From assembly GCA_031459625.1 (NCBI GenBank), contig JAVKIH010000002.1, forward strand, positions 42,958 to 106,957: DNA of 64,000 bases, written 5' to 3'. The notes under the pieces are model-generated. The model was not told where the DNA came from and searched no databases. It was given only the letters and a program-made list of their open reading frames with translations. Source of the stretch: Candidatus Geohabitans tengchongensis. Lineage in GTDB: Bacteria; Sysuimicrobiota; Sysuimicrobiia; Sysuimicrobiales; Humicultoraceae. Position numbers and translations under genes: made by a program. Below, in pieces: positions 47,922 to 57,331 of the stretch. Position 1 is the stretch's first letter; each line of letters opens with the position of its first letter.

Positions 47922-48893
47922 ATGACTACGCGACACCGTCTGATCGGGGTCATCTTCCTCATGGCCGGGAGTGCGGCCGGACTCATGGCCGGGACTGCCG
48001 CCGGAACCGCCCAGACCCAGGCGGGTTCCGCCATCTACCTGAACGACGCCGGGAACGGCCGGGTGGTCCGGATGGCGGACATGCGGGGCACGGGCTGGGC
48101 TGTGTTGCCCGGACAGGCTGGCGAACGCACGTTCGCGTTCCAATCGGGCGTCGCCGTCGACGGGGCGGGCAGGATCTACTTCACCGACGCCACCGCCGCC
48201 CGCCTGGTCCGGGTGGACGACATCACCGGGCGGAACTTGGTAGCCTACGGCCGTCGCGGGTCGGGACCTCACGAGTTCGACCTGCCGGCGGGCATCGCCC
48301 TGGACGGCCAGGGGCGCATCTACATCGCCGACGCCAGCAACGCCAGGATCGTGCGGGTGAACGACCTGACGGGCAGCGGGTGGACGGCGTACGGGAGGCG
48401 TGGCAGGGGGACGCACGAGTTCGGGTTTCCGCAGGATGTGGCCGTCGACCGCGCCGGCCGCATCTATGTGACCGACGCCCTCAACGACCGCATCATCCGC
48501 ATCGACGACCTGACCGGGGCGGGGTGGACGGCGCTCGGCCGGCGGGGCTCGGGTCCCGGCACCTTCGACCATCCCACGGGGATCGCCGTGGACGACCGCG
48601 GGCGCCTCTACGTCACCGACTCGGCCAACGACCGCGTCGTGCGCGTCGACGACATGACCGGCGCCGGCTGGACGGCGCTGGGCCGGACCGGTGCCGGGCG
48701 CCACGAGTTCGTCTTCCCCACGGGGATCGCCCTTGACGCCGCGGGACGGGTCTACGTGACGGACGAGAACCACCGGGTGGTGCGCATGGCGGACCTGACC
48801 GGGGCCGGGTGGAGCAGTTACGGGACGATGGGTGCCGCACGCGGCAACTTCTTCTTCCCGTCGGCGGTCGTGGTCGTGGGGACGCCGCCCTGA
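47922..48893 (+). CDS. Secreted NHL-repeat (beta-propeller) protein
   Basis: Signal peptide; about 6 repeats of F..P.GIA.D..GR.Y.TD..N.R. Confidence 0.92.
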   Translation: MTTRHRLIGVIFLMAGSAAGLMAGTAAGTAQTQAGSAIYLNDAGNGRVVRMADMRGTGWAVLPGQAGERTFAFQSGVAVDGAGRIYFTDATAARLVRVDDITGRNLVAYGRRGSGPHEFDLPAGIALDGQGRIYIADASNARIVRVNDLTGSGWTAYGRRGRGTHEFGFPQDVAVDRAGRIYVTDALNDRIIRIDDLTGAGWTALGRRGSGPGTFDHPTGIAVDDRGRLYVTDSANDRVVRVDDMTGAGWTALGRTGAGRHEFVFPTGIALDAAGRVYVTDENHRVVRMADLTGAGWSSYGTMGAARGNFFFPSAVVVVGTPP

Positions 48894-48915
48894 CGCGTGC
48901 CCCCGGTGCGCGCCC

Positions 48916-49359
48916 TCACCCGCCTGCGGTGACGCGCTCGATGAGCACCACAGCGGCGTAGTCGTCGTACTCCTCCGGCGGCACCTGCAGCGAGCGCGGG
49001 ATCAGGCGGCGCCACCCGCGCGGCGGGTGCTCGGCGAAGTAGCGCCGGCGCGCCTCCAGGGTGGAGCCGCGCTCCGCGACGATCCGCACCGGAGGCAGAC
49101 CGGGAACGGCGGCCAGGAGGGCGCGCACCCGGTCGTGGCCGGTCCCCGCACCCAGGAGCACCTCGCCCACCCCAAACGCCTCGACCCAGGCCTGCACCGT
49201 GTGGGCCAGGGCGTCCAGCGGCACCACCGCCCGGGCCAGGATCGCTCCCCGGCGGCCGACAGCCACGCCGCACTTGGCCCGCCCCGGATCGATGGCGAGC
49301 ATCGGGGGCGCGCCCTCGCCGACGGCCCCTCCGTGGCGCACCTCGCTCACGTCGCCCAC
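48916..49359 (-). CDS. YqgF/RuvX-family RNase H-like nuclease
   Basis: LAIDPGRAKCGVA, VAERGSTLEARRRY, DDYAAVVL. Confidence 0.85.
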   Translation of the reverse strand: MGDVSEVRHGGAVGEGAPPMLAIDPGRAKCGVAVGRRGAILARAVVPLDALAHTVQAWVEAFGVGEVLLGAGTGHDRVRALLAAVPGLPPVRIVAERGSTLEARRRYFAEHPPRGWRRLIPRSLQVPPEEYDDYAAVVLIERVTAGG

Positions 49360-49366
49360 CGCCCGC

Positions 49367-50431
49367 TCAGTCGTGGAAGGTCACCCAGAGCAAGAGGTAG
49401 GCCTCGATGGGGACCCCGTCGCGGCGCGCCGGGGCGAACCGCCAGCGACGCAGCCCCTCCACGGCGACCCGGTCGAGGGCAGGGTCACCGCTTGGCACCA
49501 CGACCACGGCCTGGCCTACGGAGCCGTCGGTCCGCACGAGCAGCCGGACACGCAGCCGGCCGCGCACCGGCACCTGCTCCAGCGCGCTGACCTCCCCGGG
49601 ACCCGCCGTTACCCGGCCGCGCAGCAGCGGGTGGAGCGGGGGAGCCTCCAGGACGGTGGGAGGCGTGAGCACGGAGAGAGGCGCCGGCGAGGGAACCGGT
49701 GCAGGGACGAGAGGCGGGGCTGCGGCCGGCGCTGAAGGAATGGCCTGCCCCGACTCGGCGCCCGGCGCCGGGGAGGCCGACGGCACGGGGTCGGCCGGCG
49801 AAGGCGATCCTGCGACAGAACCCGGCGCTTCGGTGCTCTGCGGCTCCTGCGCGCTGGCGGGCGCGCTCCCCTGTCGTACGCTCCTCCCTGCGACACTCCC
49901 CGCGGCCGCACCCGGTCGGGCCCTGCGGGCCGCATGGGGCGCTGCGGAGCCCGCTGTGGCCCGAGGCTCCGGCCGTTGCGGCTGCGCCTGAGCCGGTGGC
50001 GCGACGTGCGGGCTGGCGCGCACGGAGACGCCGGGGACCGGTGCGGCCGGCGAGGACCGGCGATGCCGCTCCCGGGCCTGCACGTGCCGGGGGCGCTCCG
50101 GCACCGGCCCGGGTGCCACCCTGGACTGAGGTGTGGTCGCGCCGCCCGAGGGGAGTGCGGCCGACCGCCCTCCGGACGACGTCCCGGCGTCTGCTGTCCG
50201 GAGCGGCTGAGGGTGGCCTTCCTCTTCTGCCGTGGGCGGACGCAGGGCGGACGTCGGCCTATGGACGCGGGCTGACGGCGCCGCGGGCCGCACCGACGGC
50301 CCTGAAGGTGACCCGGGGAGATCACCGCCACTGCGCAGGGCCAGCGCCAGCACGCCCACGGCCAGGGCTGCACCGGCCAGCCACGCCCGCGACCGGGACC
50401 GCACCGCCGGCCCCACTGCCGTGCGCGTCAC
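49367..50431 (-). CDS. tonB: Energy transducer TonB
   Basis: N-terminal TM anchor, long Pro/Ala/Ser linker, C-terminal G..SGDPALDRVA..WRFAPA..G. Confidence 0.85.
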   Translation of the reverse strand: MTRTAVGPAVRSRSRAWLAGAALAVGVLALALRSGGDLPGSPSGPSVRPAAPSARVHRPTSALRPPTAEEEGHPQPLRTADAGTSSGGRSAALPSGGATTPQSRVAPGPVPERPRHVQARERHRRSSPAAPVPGVSVRASPHVAPPAQAQPQRPEPRATAGSAAPHAARRARPGAAAGSVAGRSVRQGSAPASAQEPQSTEAPGSVAGSPSPADPVPSASPAPGAESGQAIPSAPAAAPPLVPAPVPSPAPLSVLTPPTVLEAPPLHPLLRGRVTAGPGEVSALEQVPVRGRLRVRLLVRTDGSVGQAVVVVPSGDPALDRVAVEGLRRWRFAPARRDGVPIEAYLLLWVTFHD

Positions 50432-50453
50432 CCTGCTGTGGGCATGGCCCGCC

Positions 50454-51053
50454 TCACGCCGTCCCGGGGGACCGGGCCGACGCCCGCAGGGCTGGCACCG
50501 TGCGCTCCAGGAGGGCGAAGCCGCCGAAGAGCAGGACGGTGAAGGCCAGGTCGCCCAACAGCGTGTTGCGGAAGAAGGGGAGCCCGGCCACGTACGCGGC
50601 GACGAGACCGGCCGCCGTCTTCGGGTAGAGCCCTCCGACGAGCCAGACCCCGAAGTTGGTCACCAGGAAGAAGAGCGTGGATGCCGCCAGCGAGGCCGCC
50701 ACGAGCGGGGCAGGCCGGCGGCGGCCGCGCAACAGCCGTCCGATGAGGGCTGTGGCGGCCAGGGCGGCGTAGACGAAGGGGATCGTGGCGTGCAGGCCCA
50801 GGACCAGGTCGCTCAGCACCATGGCGCCCAGCGGGACCAGGACGGCCAGGCGCAGGTCGACGAACGCGGCCCCCCCGAAGAGGGCCATGGCCGCTACCGG
50901 GGTGACGTTCGGCGGGTGCGGGAGGAGGCGGGAGGCGGCCGCCGCCACGATCAGGAGGGCCACAGCCAGGTGGCGGGGAGCGAGGGCGGGCCTCCCCTGG
51001 CCCACGGGGCCCGGGACCTCTTCGGACCGTCGTCCGAGCCATCCACGCATCAC
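50454..51053 (-). CDS. DUF6580-like putative membrane transport protein
   Basis: SRLLPHPPNVTPVAAMALFGG, LSD, FFLVTNFGVW, YVAGLPFFRN; about 5-6 TM segments. Confidence 0.8.
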   Translation of the reverse strand: MMRGWLGRRSEEVPGPVGQGRPALAPRHLAVALLIVAAAASRLLPHPPNVTPVAAMALFGGAAFVDLRLAVLVPLGAMVLSDLVLGLHATIPFVYAALAATALIGRLLRGRRRPAPLVAASLAASTLFFLVTNFGVWLVGGLYPKTAAGLVAAYVAGLPFFRNTLLGDLAFTVLLFGGFALLERTVPALRASARSPGTA

Positions 51054-51805
51054 GTCCTCACCTCCACCCGAACTGCCGTCTCCGGGAGCTCGCCCGACTC
51101 GACCGGCGCGGCCGACGCCGGCGGCTCCGAGACCGCGGCTCCGCCTGCCGGGAGCAGGTCGGCGAAGTGCCAGCGCCCCCGGGTGACCACCGCGCCCCGC
51201 TCCACGCGCACGCCAGGGCCGAGCCGCGGCCCGGCGGTGACGAAGGTGTGGAACTCCCCGCGCTCGCCGCAGGGGTCCACCCCCGGAGGCAGCGCGGCCA
51301 GCAAGGCCGCGTCGAAGGCGCGTCCGGCCCAGCTCCGGTCCAGGACCTCACCGTCGACGCACGTGACCACGGCGCGGCAGCCGTCGCGCACGAAGGTGCG
51401 GGCAGCCTCCGCCGTGTCGCGGCCCCAGATGGGGAAGACGGGCTCCAGGCCGAGCCGCGCCATCAGGGTCTCGCGGTAGGCGCGCACGTCCGCCAGGAAG
51501 AGGTCCCCGAAGGCCACGCGGTGCAGGCCGCGGTCGCGCCATGGCGTCAAGGCCTCGGCCAACCGCGCCTCGTAGACCGCGTTGGTCGTCTCGGCGGGCA
51601 ACACCACGGTCACCAGCGGGAGCTGCAGCGCCTGCGCCTGCTGCTCCACCAGGACGCGGCGCACGCCGTGCATGCTCACCCTATCGTACACCGCGGTGAC
51701 GGTGGTGATGAGCGCCTGGACCCGTTCCCCCGCCGCCTCCAGGGCGAGCAGGGCCAGCAGGCTGTCCTTGCCGCCGCTCCAGGAGAGGAGGACCGCCGAC
51801 GTCAT
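51050..51805 (-). CDS. DUF71/Dph6-like PP-loop ATPase (adenine nucleotide alpha-hydrolase)
   Basis: SWSGGKDS, RVSMHGV, AFGDLFLADVRAYRE, DPCGERGEFHTFV. Confidence 0.9.
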   Translation of the reverse strand: MTSAVLLSWSGGKDSLLALLALEAAGERVQALITTVTAVYDRVSMHGVRRVLVEQQAQALQLPLVTVVLPAETTNAVYEARLAEALTPWRDRGLHRVAFGDLFLADVRAYRETLMARLGLEPVFPIWGRDTAEAARTFVRDGCRAVVTCVDGEVLDRSWAGRAFDAALLAALPPGVDPCGERGEFHTFVTAGPRLGPGVRVERGAVVTRGRWHFADLLPAGGAAVSEPPASAAPVESGELPETAVRVEVRT

Positions 51806-51818
51806 CACCCGCCTCAGC

Positions 51819-53624
51819 TCAGAACCGCCCGCCCACCTGCAGGTAGACGGTGCGCCCGGGCGCGGGGAACCCGGCGAGCGGCTCGTAGCGCGCGTCGAAG
51901 AGGTTGTCCACCCCCGCCCGCCAGACCACGTCGCCGGCCACGTGCTCGGCGCGCAGGCCCACGGTCAGGTACGGCGGCAGCGTCACCCGTGTCGCCGGGA
52001 AGGTGGAGAAGTCCAGGTCGGGCCGGGCCCCCACGTAGGCGGCCACGAGCCCCAGCGTGGTGGCGGGCGCGACCGCAAATCGCAGCGCGAGGGCCGCCTG
52101 CCAGGCCGGCTGTCGGAGCAGGGCCTGCCCGGTCGTGCGGTCCACGGCATCGGTCCAGGTGAGGGTGAGGGTGCCGCTCCACGGGCCCGCCGCTCGCAGG
52201 ACCAGGTCCGCGGAGGCGCCGGCGATGCGCGCCGACCCCACGTTCTGGGGCGGGCATCCCCCGAGGATCAGGTCCTGCGCGTCGGTGTAGAAGGTGTTGA
52301 GGCGCAGGAGCGTCCCCGGCCGCAGGACCACCTCCACGCCCAGGTCGGCGGCCCAGGCCTGCTCCGGGCGCAGGTTGGGGTTGCTGCAGCCGGGGAAGAA
52401 GAGCTCCCCCATCGTTGGAGCCCGGGAGGTCCGTCCCACCCCGCCGCGCAGCCGCACCACCGGCGAGAGGAAGTGCACGAAGCCCAGGCGCGGGTTCACC
52501 TGGAGGCCGTAGGCGGAGTGGTGCTCCAGCCGCAGACCCAGGCCGGCGAGGGTGCGGTCGCCCAGCATCCCGTCGAGCTGGCCGTAGGCGGCGGCGGTGG
52601 TCGTGCGGGCGTCGAAGGCCGAGAAGGTGTCGCGGTAGGCGAAGGTGGCCTGTTGCCACTCCACGCCCCACCCGAGCACACCCGTCCCGTGCGCGTGCGA
52701 GGCCTGCCAGGTGCCTCCCCAGGCCTGGCCCCGGCTCGTGCTGGCGAATCCCGGCGAGGTGAAGTCGAGGCTGTCGCCCAGCCACCAGACCCGCCCCAGG
52801 CGGAGGCCGTCTGCGCCTTCCCGTGTCCAGGCGAGCGCCGCTGCCGTGCGGGCGTCGCGCAGGCGGTCTGCAGGCGTCGGGAACGCCGTGGTCCCCGGCA
52901 GGCCCGCCTCCCCGGCGCTGTGGTGCAGGGTGAGGGCCAGGCGACCCGCACCGGCGTCCCGCTCCCACCGCGCCACGCCGGTCCAGCGCGTGCCGTCGCC
53001 GTTGGGCCGGTAGCCGGCGGTGGCCAGGCGTTCCACCCCCAGCCGCACCATGCCCGCATCGGTGTCGGCGCCGAGGCGCAGCACGCCCTGCGTCGTCCCG
53101 TGGCTGGCCGCCATGCCCTGCGCCGATGGACGGGCGTCCCGGCGTGTCGTCACGCTGATGACGGCGAAGCCGCTGTGGAGCGCCGCGTAGGGGCCGCGCA
53201 CGACCTCGATCCGGTCCACCTCCGCCAGCGTGATGGTGCCCAGGGAGACGCCGAACTGGGCCGTGGCGCCCAGCGGCACACCGTTCAGCAGGACGTGAAC
53301 CTGCTGGGGGGTGCTGCCGCGGACCGAGGGCTGGTGCAGGCTCATCGTGCCGCCGCCCGCGGAGCGCACGGTGACCTCGGCCAGCAGCGTGAGCGCCTCA
53401 GCGAGGGTCAGGAAGCCCATGCGCCGCAGCTCCTCCCCGGAGAGGACGGTCACGTAGGCTGGCGTGGTGGCGCTGTGCTGGGGGCGGAGGCCGGGGACGA
53501 CCACCTCCTCCCCTTCGAACGTGGGGATCTGCCCACGGGCGGGCGCCGTGCCTGACGCGAGCACGAGGAGCAAGAGCAGCGCGCCCGCAGTGGGTCTGCG
53601 GGCGCGCGGGGCCAGACGTCCCAT
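51819..53624 (-). CDS. btuB: TonB-dependent receptor, probable cobalamin receptor
   Basis: Signal peptide, plug motifs (SVRG, VLLNGV, RIEVVRGP), NPNLRPE, VDNLFD..Y, terminal F; downstream of a cobalamin riboswitch. Confidence 0.88.
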   Translation of the reverse strand: MGRLAPRARRPTAGALLLLLVLASGTAPARGQIPTFEGEEVVVPGLRPQHSATTPAYVTVLSGEELRRMGFLTLAEALTLLAEVTVRSAGGGTMSLHQPSVRGSTPQQVHVLLNGVPLGATAQFGVSLGTITLAEVDRIEVVRGPYAALHSGFAVISVTTRRDARPSAQGMAASHGTTQGVLRLGADTDAGMVRLGVERLATAGYRPNGDGTRWTGVARWERDAGAGRLALTLHHSAGEAGLPGTTAFPTPADRLRDARTAAALAWTREGADGLRLGRVWWLGDSLDFTSPGFASTSRGQAWGGTWQASHAHGTGVLGWGVEWQQATFAYRDTFSAFDARTTTAAAYGQLDGMLGDRTLAGLGLRLEHHSAYGLQVNPRLGFVHFLSPVVRLRGGVGRTSRAPTMGELFFPGCSNPNLRPEQAWAADLGVEVVLRPGTLLRLNTFYTDAQDLILGGCPPQNVGSARIAGASADLVLRAAGPWSGTLTLTWTDAVDRTTGQALLRQPAWQAALALRFAVAPATTLGLVAAYVGARPDLDFSTFPATRVTLPPYLTVGLRAEHVAGDVVWRAGVDNLFDARYEPLAGFPAPGRTVYLQVGGRF

Positions 53625-53694
53625 CGAGCCCACCTCCCTTTCCGCGAAGGTCGAGGGCGCCGCTCCGCGGGTCCCGTGGACCACGGCGGGCGGT

Positions 53695-53902
53695 GGGCAC
53701 AGGCAGGTCTTCTGGCTCCGGATCCTCGCACGCTCCCGGCCTTCCCAGGCGCAGGGCCCAGTGGCGCCGACCGCCCCCCGCGAGGGCGACCGGCATGGGA
53801 GCGCACTCTCCGTTACAGCGGCGGGACCGCGCCGGACTTCCCGGATCTTCCGGGGCACCGGCTTCCCTATTCTGACGGAGGCGGACCTCCGTCCACCTGT
53901 GC
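53695..53902 (-). ncRNA. Cobalamin (AdoCbl) riboswitch
   Basis: Minus strand reads AGGTG..ATAGGGAA.CCGGTG..CCGGCGCGGTCCCGCCGCTGTAA..GCCACTG..GGGAAGGC..GAGCCAGAAGACCTGCC (B12 box). Confidence 0.95.
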
Positions 53903-54046
53903 CGCGTGCGGTTCATTTCACCGTCGTCCCCGGTGGGTCCTGCCGCGCGGGGCCTGGCAGGGGCTGCCGCGCGGGGCGGGGCCAACCGCATGGGGCCCGG
54001 GGAGTGCTGCCGCGCCGTGCGCGGTGATCCGGCCGCAGCCCCGCGC

Positions 54047-54976
54047 TCAGCCGCGCCGGCGGACCGTCACGAGCACGGGACCGACGGTGAAGGTGTCGCG
54101 GCTGACGACCACCTCGACCCCGACCGGACGGTCGAGGCGGTCGAGCTCGGCCACCAGGCGGCGGACGTCGTCGATGGCGGCCTGCACCACCGGCGGGTCG
54201 GTGATGCGCGCGAACGGCGGCGAGAGCACGCGGCGGCGGGCCGGCTCCGCCGAGCGCTCCACCAGCTCGAGCACCTGCCGGCCGATCTCCTCCCGGCGGG
54301 CCCGCCCGTCCACCGTCCCGCGCAGGAGCACCGTGCCGCGGCGGAAGGCCAGCACGTTGTCGAGGAGCTGGATGTAGACCTCCAGGGGCTCCCCGCGCAG
54401 CGTGTTCTGGTTGGCGACGATGCGGACGACCGTCTCCCCCGGGTGCGTGCGGACCAGCTCGGCCACCCGGTCCCAGGTGAGGCGCGGGGGGAAGAGGATA
54501 AGCACCGAGCCGGTCTGCCCGTCCACCCCGATGCCGTTCTCCAGGGCCAGGTCCACCGCGCGCAGCCGCAGCAGGTCCACTGCGGCCTGGACCCGGACGA
54601 GCGGGAGACGCCCGTCCACGAGCCCCCGCAGGACCTCCTGGTTGGTGAGGTAGGCGATGTCGCCGCCCTTGAGCTGCCGCAGCCGCGCCTCCGCCTGGTC
54701 GATCTCCCCTTCCAGGCGGGCGGTCTGTGCCTGCAGCTCGCGGAAGCGGAAAAGGGCCGTCCGCGCGTCGGCGGAGACGAGCAGCACGGCGGCCAGGGTC
54801 ACCAGCGCGATGAGCATCCCGGAGACCACCGTGATCACCTGCGCCGTGCGGCGAGGTCGCAGGCCGAAGAGCGTGAGGCGGCGGCGGCCGATGTTGCGCC
54901 CGACCAGGTTGCCGATGTAGGCGATGGCCCCGCTGACGAGGATGAGGAGGGGGACGAGGATCAGGCCGAACTCCAT
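54047..54976 (-). CDS. DUF3084 domain protein
   Basis: GAIAYIGNLVGRNIGRRRLTLFGLRPRRTA, then TM and coiled coil. Confidence 0.88.
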   Translation of the reverse strand: MEFGLILVPLLILVSGAIAYIGNLVGRNIGRRRLTLFGLRPRRTAQVITVVSGMLIALVTLAAVLLVSADARTALFRFRELQAQTARLEGEIDQAEARLRQLKGGDIAYLTNQEVLRGLVDGRLPLVRVQAAVDLLRLRAVDLALENGIGVDGQTGSVLILFPPRLTWDRVAELVRTHPGETVVRIVANQNTLRGEPLEVYIQLLDNVLAFRRGTVLLRGTVDGRARREEIGRQVLELVERSAEPARRRVLSPPFARITDPPVVQAAIDDVRRLVAELDRLDRPVGVEVVVSRDTFTVGPVLVTVRRRG

Positions 54977-54980
54977 AGTG

Positions 54981-55730
54981 CTAGCGCCCTCCGCCCTCCC
55001 CCGGCCGCGTCACGCCCCCGGGTGGCGCCCCAGGCCCGGCCGTGCGCACCAGGCGGCGCACCAGGCGCAGGTAGGCCGTGACCTCGTGCAGGTCCAGCTT
55101 GCTGCGCCCCGCCACCCGGTCGACGAAGGTGTAGGGGACTTCCACGACCCGCAGCGCGCGGTGGCGCGAGAGCACCTCCAGCAGGATCTTGAACCCCAGC
55201 GCCCAGTAGTCGGCGCCCGCCAGGACCTCACGACGGGCGGCGAAGAAGCCCGAGAGCGGGTCGCGCACCTCGAGGCGCAGCAGCGCCCGGGCGGTGGCGG
55301 TGGCCACGAGGCTGGCCAGCCGCCGGGGCCAGGGCCAGCCGACGATGCGCCCGCTGGTCACGTACCGCGACCCCACCGCCACGTCGGCCCCCGTGCGCAG
55401 CGCCGCGACGAGCGCCGGGATGGTCTGGGGCGGGTGGGAGCCGTCGGCGTCCATCACCACGACCACCTCGCCCCGCGCCACCGTGGCCCCGGCCACGACG
55501 GCGGAGCTCAGGCCCAGCTTGCTGCTGCGGCGCAGGACGCGCACGGCGAGCCCGTCGACGCCGTCCAGGGCGGCCGCCGCCTCGGCGGTGCCGTCGGGTG
55601 AGGCGTCGTCGACCACGACGGCCTCCAGGCGCAGGGCCGGGGCGAGCGTGGCCAGCTCCCGCAGGAGGACCGGAAGGGTGGCGCGCTCGTTGTAGGTCGG
55701 CAGGACGACCGTGGTGAGCGCCTCGGCCAT
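54981..55730 (-). CDS. Polyprenol-phosphate glycosyltransferase (GT2, Dpm1/Ppm1-like)
   Basis: LPTYNE, VDDASPDGT, MDADGSHPP, GSRY, RDPLSGFF, GFKILLE, GRSKL. Confidence 0.92.
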   Translation of the reverse strand: MAEALTTVVLPTYNERATLPVLLRELATLAPALRLEAVVVDDASPDGTAEAAAALDGVDGLAVRVLRRSSKLGLSSAVVAGATVARGEVVVVMDADGSHPPQTIPALVAALRTGADVAVGSRYVTSGRIVGWPWPRRLASLVATATARALLRLEVRDPLSGFFAARREVLAGADYWALGFKILLEVLSRHRALRVVEVPYTFVDRVAGRSKLDLHEVTAYLRLVRRLVRTAGPGAPPGGVTRPGEGGGR

Positions 55731-57331
55731 CACGACCCGCCCTCGGTACACGCGCGGCGCTTCTCCAGCACCATCGCCTCGCCGTGCCGCCACACCGGCC
55801 GCGCCACGTCGGCGAGCGGCTCCCCCCAGGCCCGGTAGACCGACGGCTTGGTGACGACCAGCACCGGGCCGGGAGCGCACACCGCCTGCCGGGTGGCCCT
55901 GGCATCCCAGGTCCACTCGACCTGTCGGTCGGTGTAGTAGACGAGCGAAGCCCACACGCTCACATCCGCCCCCACCACACGCGTCTGCGGCCTCAGCCGG
56001 GCATGCACGACCGCGGCCGCCGGCTGGGCGAACTTCAGCGCCTCCGCCTGCGGCACCACCCACGTGACCGTCCCGAGGAGCACGGCCGCTGTGGCCAGCG
56101 CGAGGACCGGCCCGGAGGCCCGGGGGCCCACCATGCGGTGCAGCAGGGCGGCCAGCAGCCCCGAGGCGGCCAGCAGCGCCAGCACGCCCCGGATGGCCGG
56201 GGCGGTGAGGGTCAGCTCGGTCGGGTATTTCAGGCGGCCGAAGAGGAGCACGAGGAGGGTCAGCGCGAGCATGATGGGGACGAGCGCGGCGAAGCCCCAC
56301 CCCAGAAGGCGCCGCTCCAGCCCCCCAGCGGTCACCGCCCCGGCCCACAGGCGGCCGACGGCGATGGCCAGGGCGGGGAAGACCGGCAGGATGTAGTTGG
56401 GGAGCTTCGTCCCGGCCAGCGAGAAGAAGAGGAGCGGGGCGGCGATCCACACCAGGAGCAGGGCAGCGGCGGCCTCGCGGCGGTTCACCCACAGCCAGCG
56501 CAGCGCCGGCAGGAGGAAGGCCGACCAGGGAAACGCCCCGATCAGCAGGACCGGGACATAGTAGTACCAGGGGCCGGGCTGGTTCTCCACCACCCCCACG
56601 AAGCGCGTGATCAGGTAGTAGCCGACGGCCGACTGCAGGAAGGCCGTCCCGTGGCGGACCGTCTCGACCGCGTACCAGCTCGAGCCCACGAGGCCGTAGA
56701 GGAGGAGGGCATCCGGCGGCACCTCCCGCCACCGCTCCCGCCACTCCCCCCGGACCACCCACCACAGCCCCAGGACCATCACGGGCAGGAGCACACCGAC
56801 GGGTCCCTTGGTGAGCGTGGCCAGGCCGGCGAAGAAGAACATCCACCGGTAGGCCCGGCGGCGGGCGCGGCGCGGGCCCTCGGTGGCCCGCACCCCGGCC
56901 GCGAGCGCCAGCAGCAGCCAGGCCAGCAGCGGCATGTCCAGCAGCCCCAGCCGGGCCAGCGCGAAGACCTCCAGCGTCGTGGCCAGCACCACGCCCGCGG
57001 CGACGCCGGCCGGCGGGCCGTAGAGGTGCGCCCCCAGGTGCGCCGTGGTCACGACGGCCGCCACTCCCGCCAGCGCCGACCAGATGCGGGCGGTCCACTC
57101 GCTTAAGCCCAAAAGCGCGCCTGTGGCGGCCTGGAGCCACATGACGAGCGGCGGGTGGACGAACCACGGCGCCCCGTTGGCGTAGAGGGTGTAGAGCTCC
57201 CCCCGTCGGGCCACCTCGCGGGCGATGTGGGCGTACTTGGCCTCGTCCTGGTCCCACAGCGTTCCGGCTCCGAGCCGCCAGAGGAAGAGGAGGGCGGCCA
57301 GGACGGCCACCAGGACCAGGCCGCGCCTCAC
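55730..57331 (-). CDS. ArnT-like GT-C membrane glycosyltransferase
   Basis: DQDEAKY, LLDMPL, LTKGPVG, PWYYY, FFSLAGTKLPNYILP. Confidence 0.9.
   Translation of the reverse strand: MRRGLVLVAVLAALLFLWRLGAGTLWDQDEAKYAHIAREVARRGELYTLYANGAPWFVHPPLVMWLQAATGALLGLSEWTARIWSALAGVAAVVTTAHLGAHLYGPPAGVAAGVVLATTLEVFALARLGLLDMPLLAWLLLALAAGVRATEGPRRARRRAYRWMFFFAGLATLTKGPVGVLLPVMVLGLWWVVRGEWRERWREVPPDALLLYGLVGSSWYAVETVRHGTAFLQSAVGYYLITRFVGVVENQPGPWYYYVPVLLIGAFPWSAFLLPALRWLWVNRREAAAALLLVWIAAPLLFFSLAGTKLPNYILPVFPALAIAVGRLWAGAVTAGGLERRLLGWGFAALVPIMLALTLLVLLFGRLKYPTELTLTAPAIRGVLALLAASGLLAALLHRMVGPRASGPVLALATAAVLLGTVTWVVPQAEALKFAQPAAAVVHARLRPQTRVVGADVSVWASLVYYTDRQVEWTWDARATRQAVCAPGPVLVVTKPSVYRAWGEPLADVARPVWRHGEAMVLEKRRACTEGGS

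Noticed and set aside
51050..51805. Diphthamide biosynthesis
   Set aside because: Bacteria lack diphthamide and no other dph genes are present; context points to the B12-associated DUF71 subgroup
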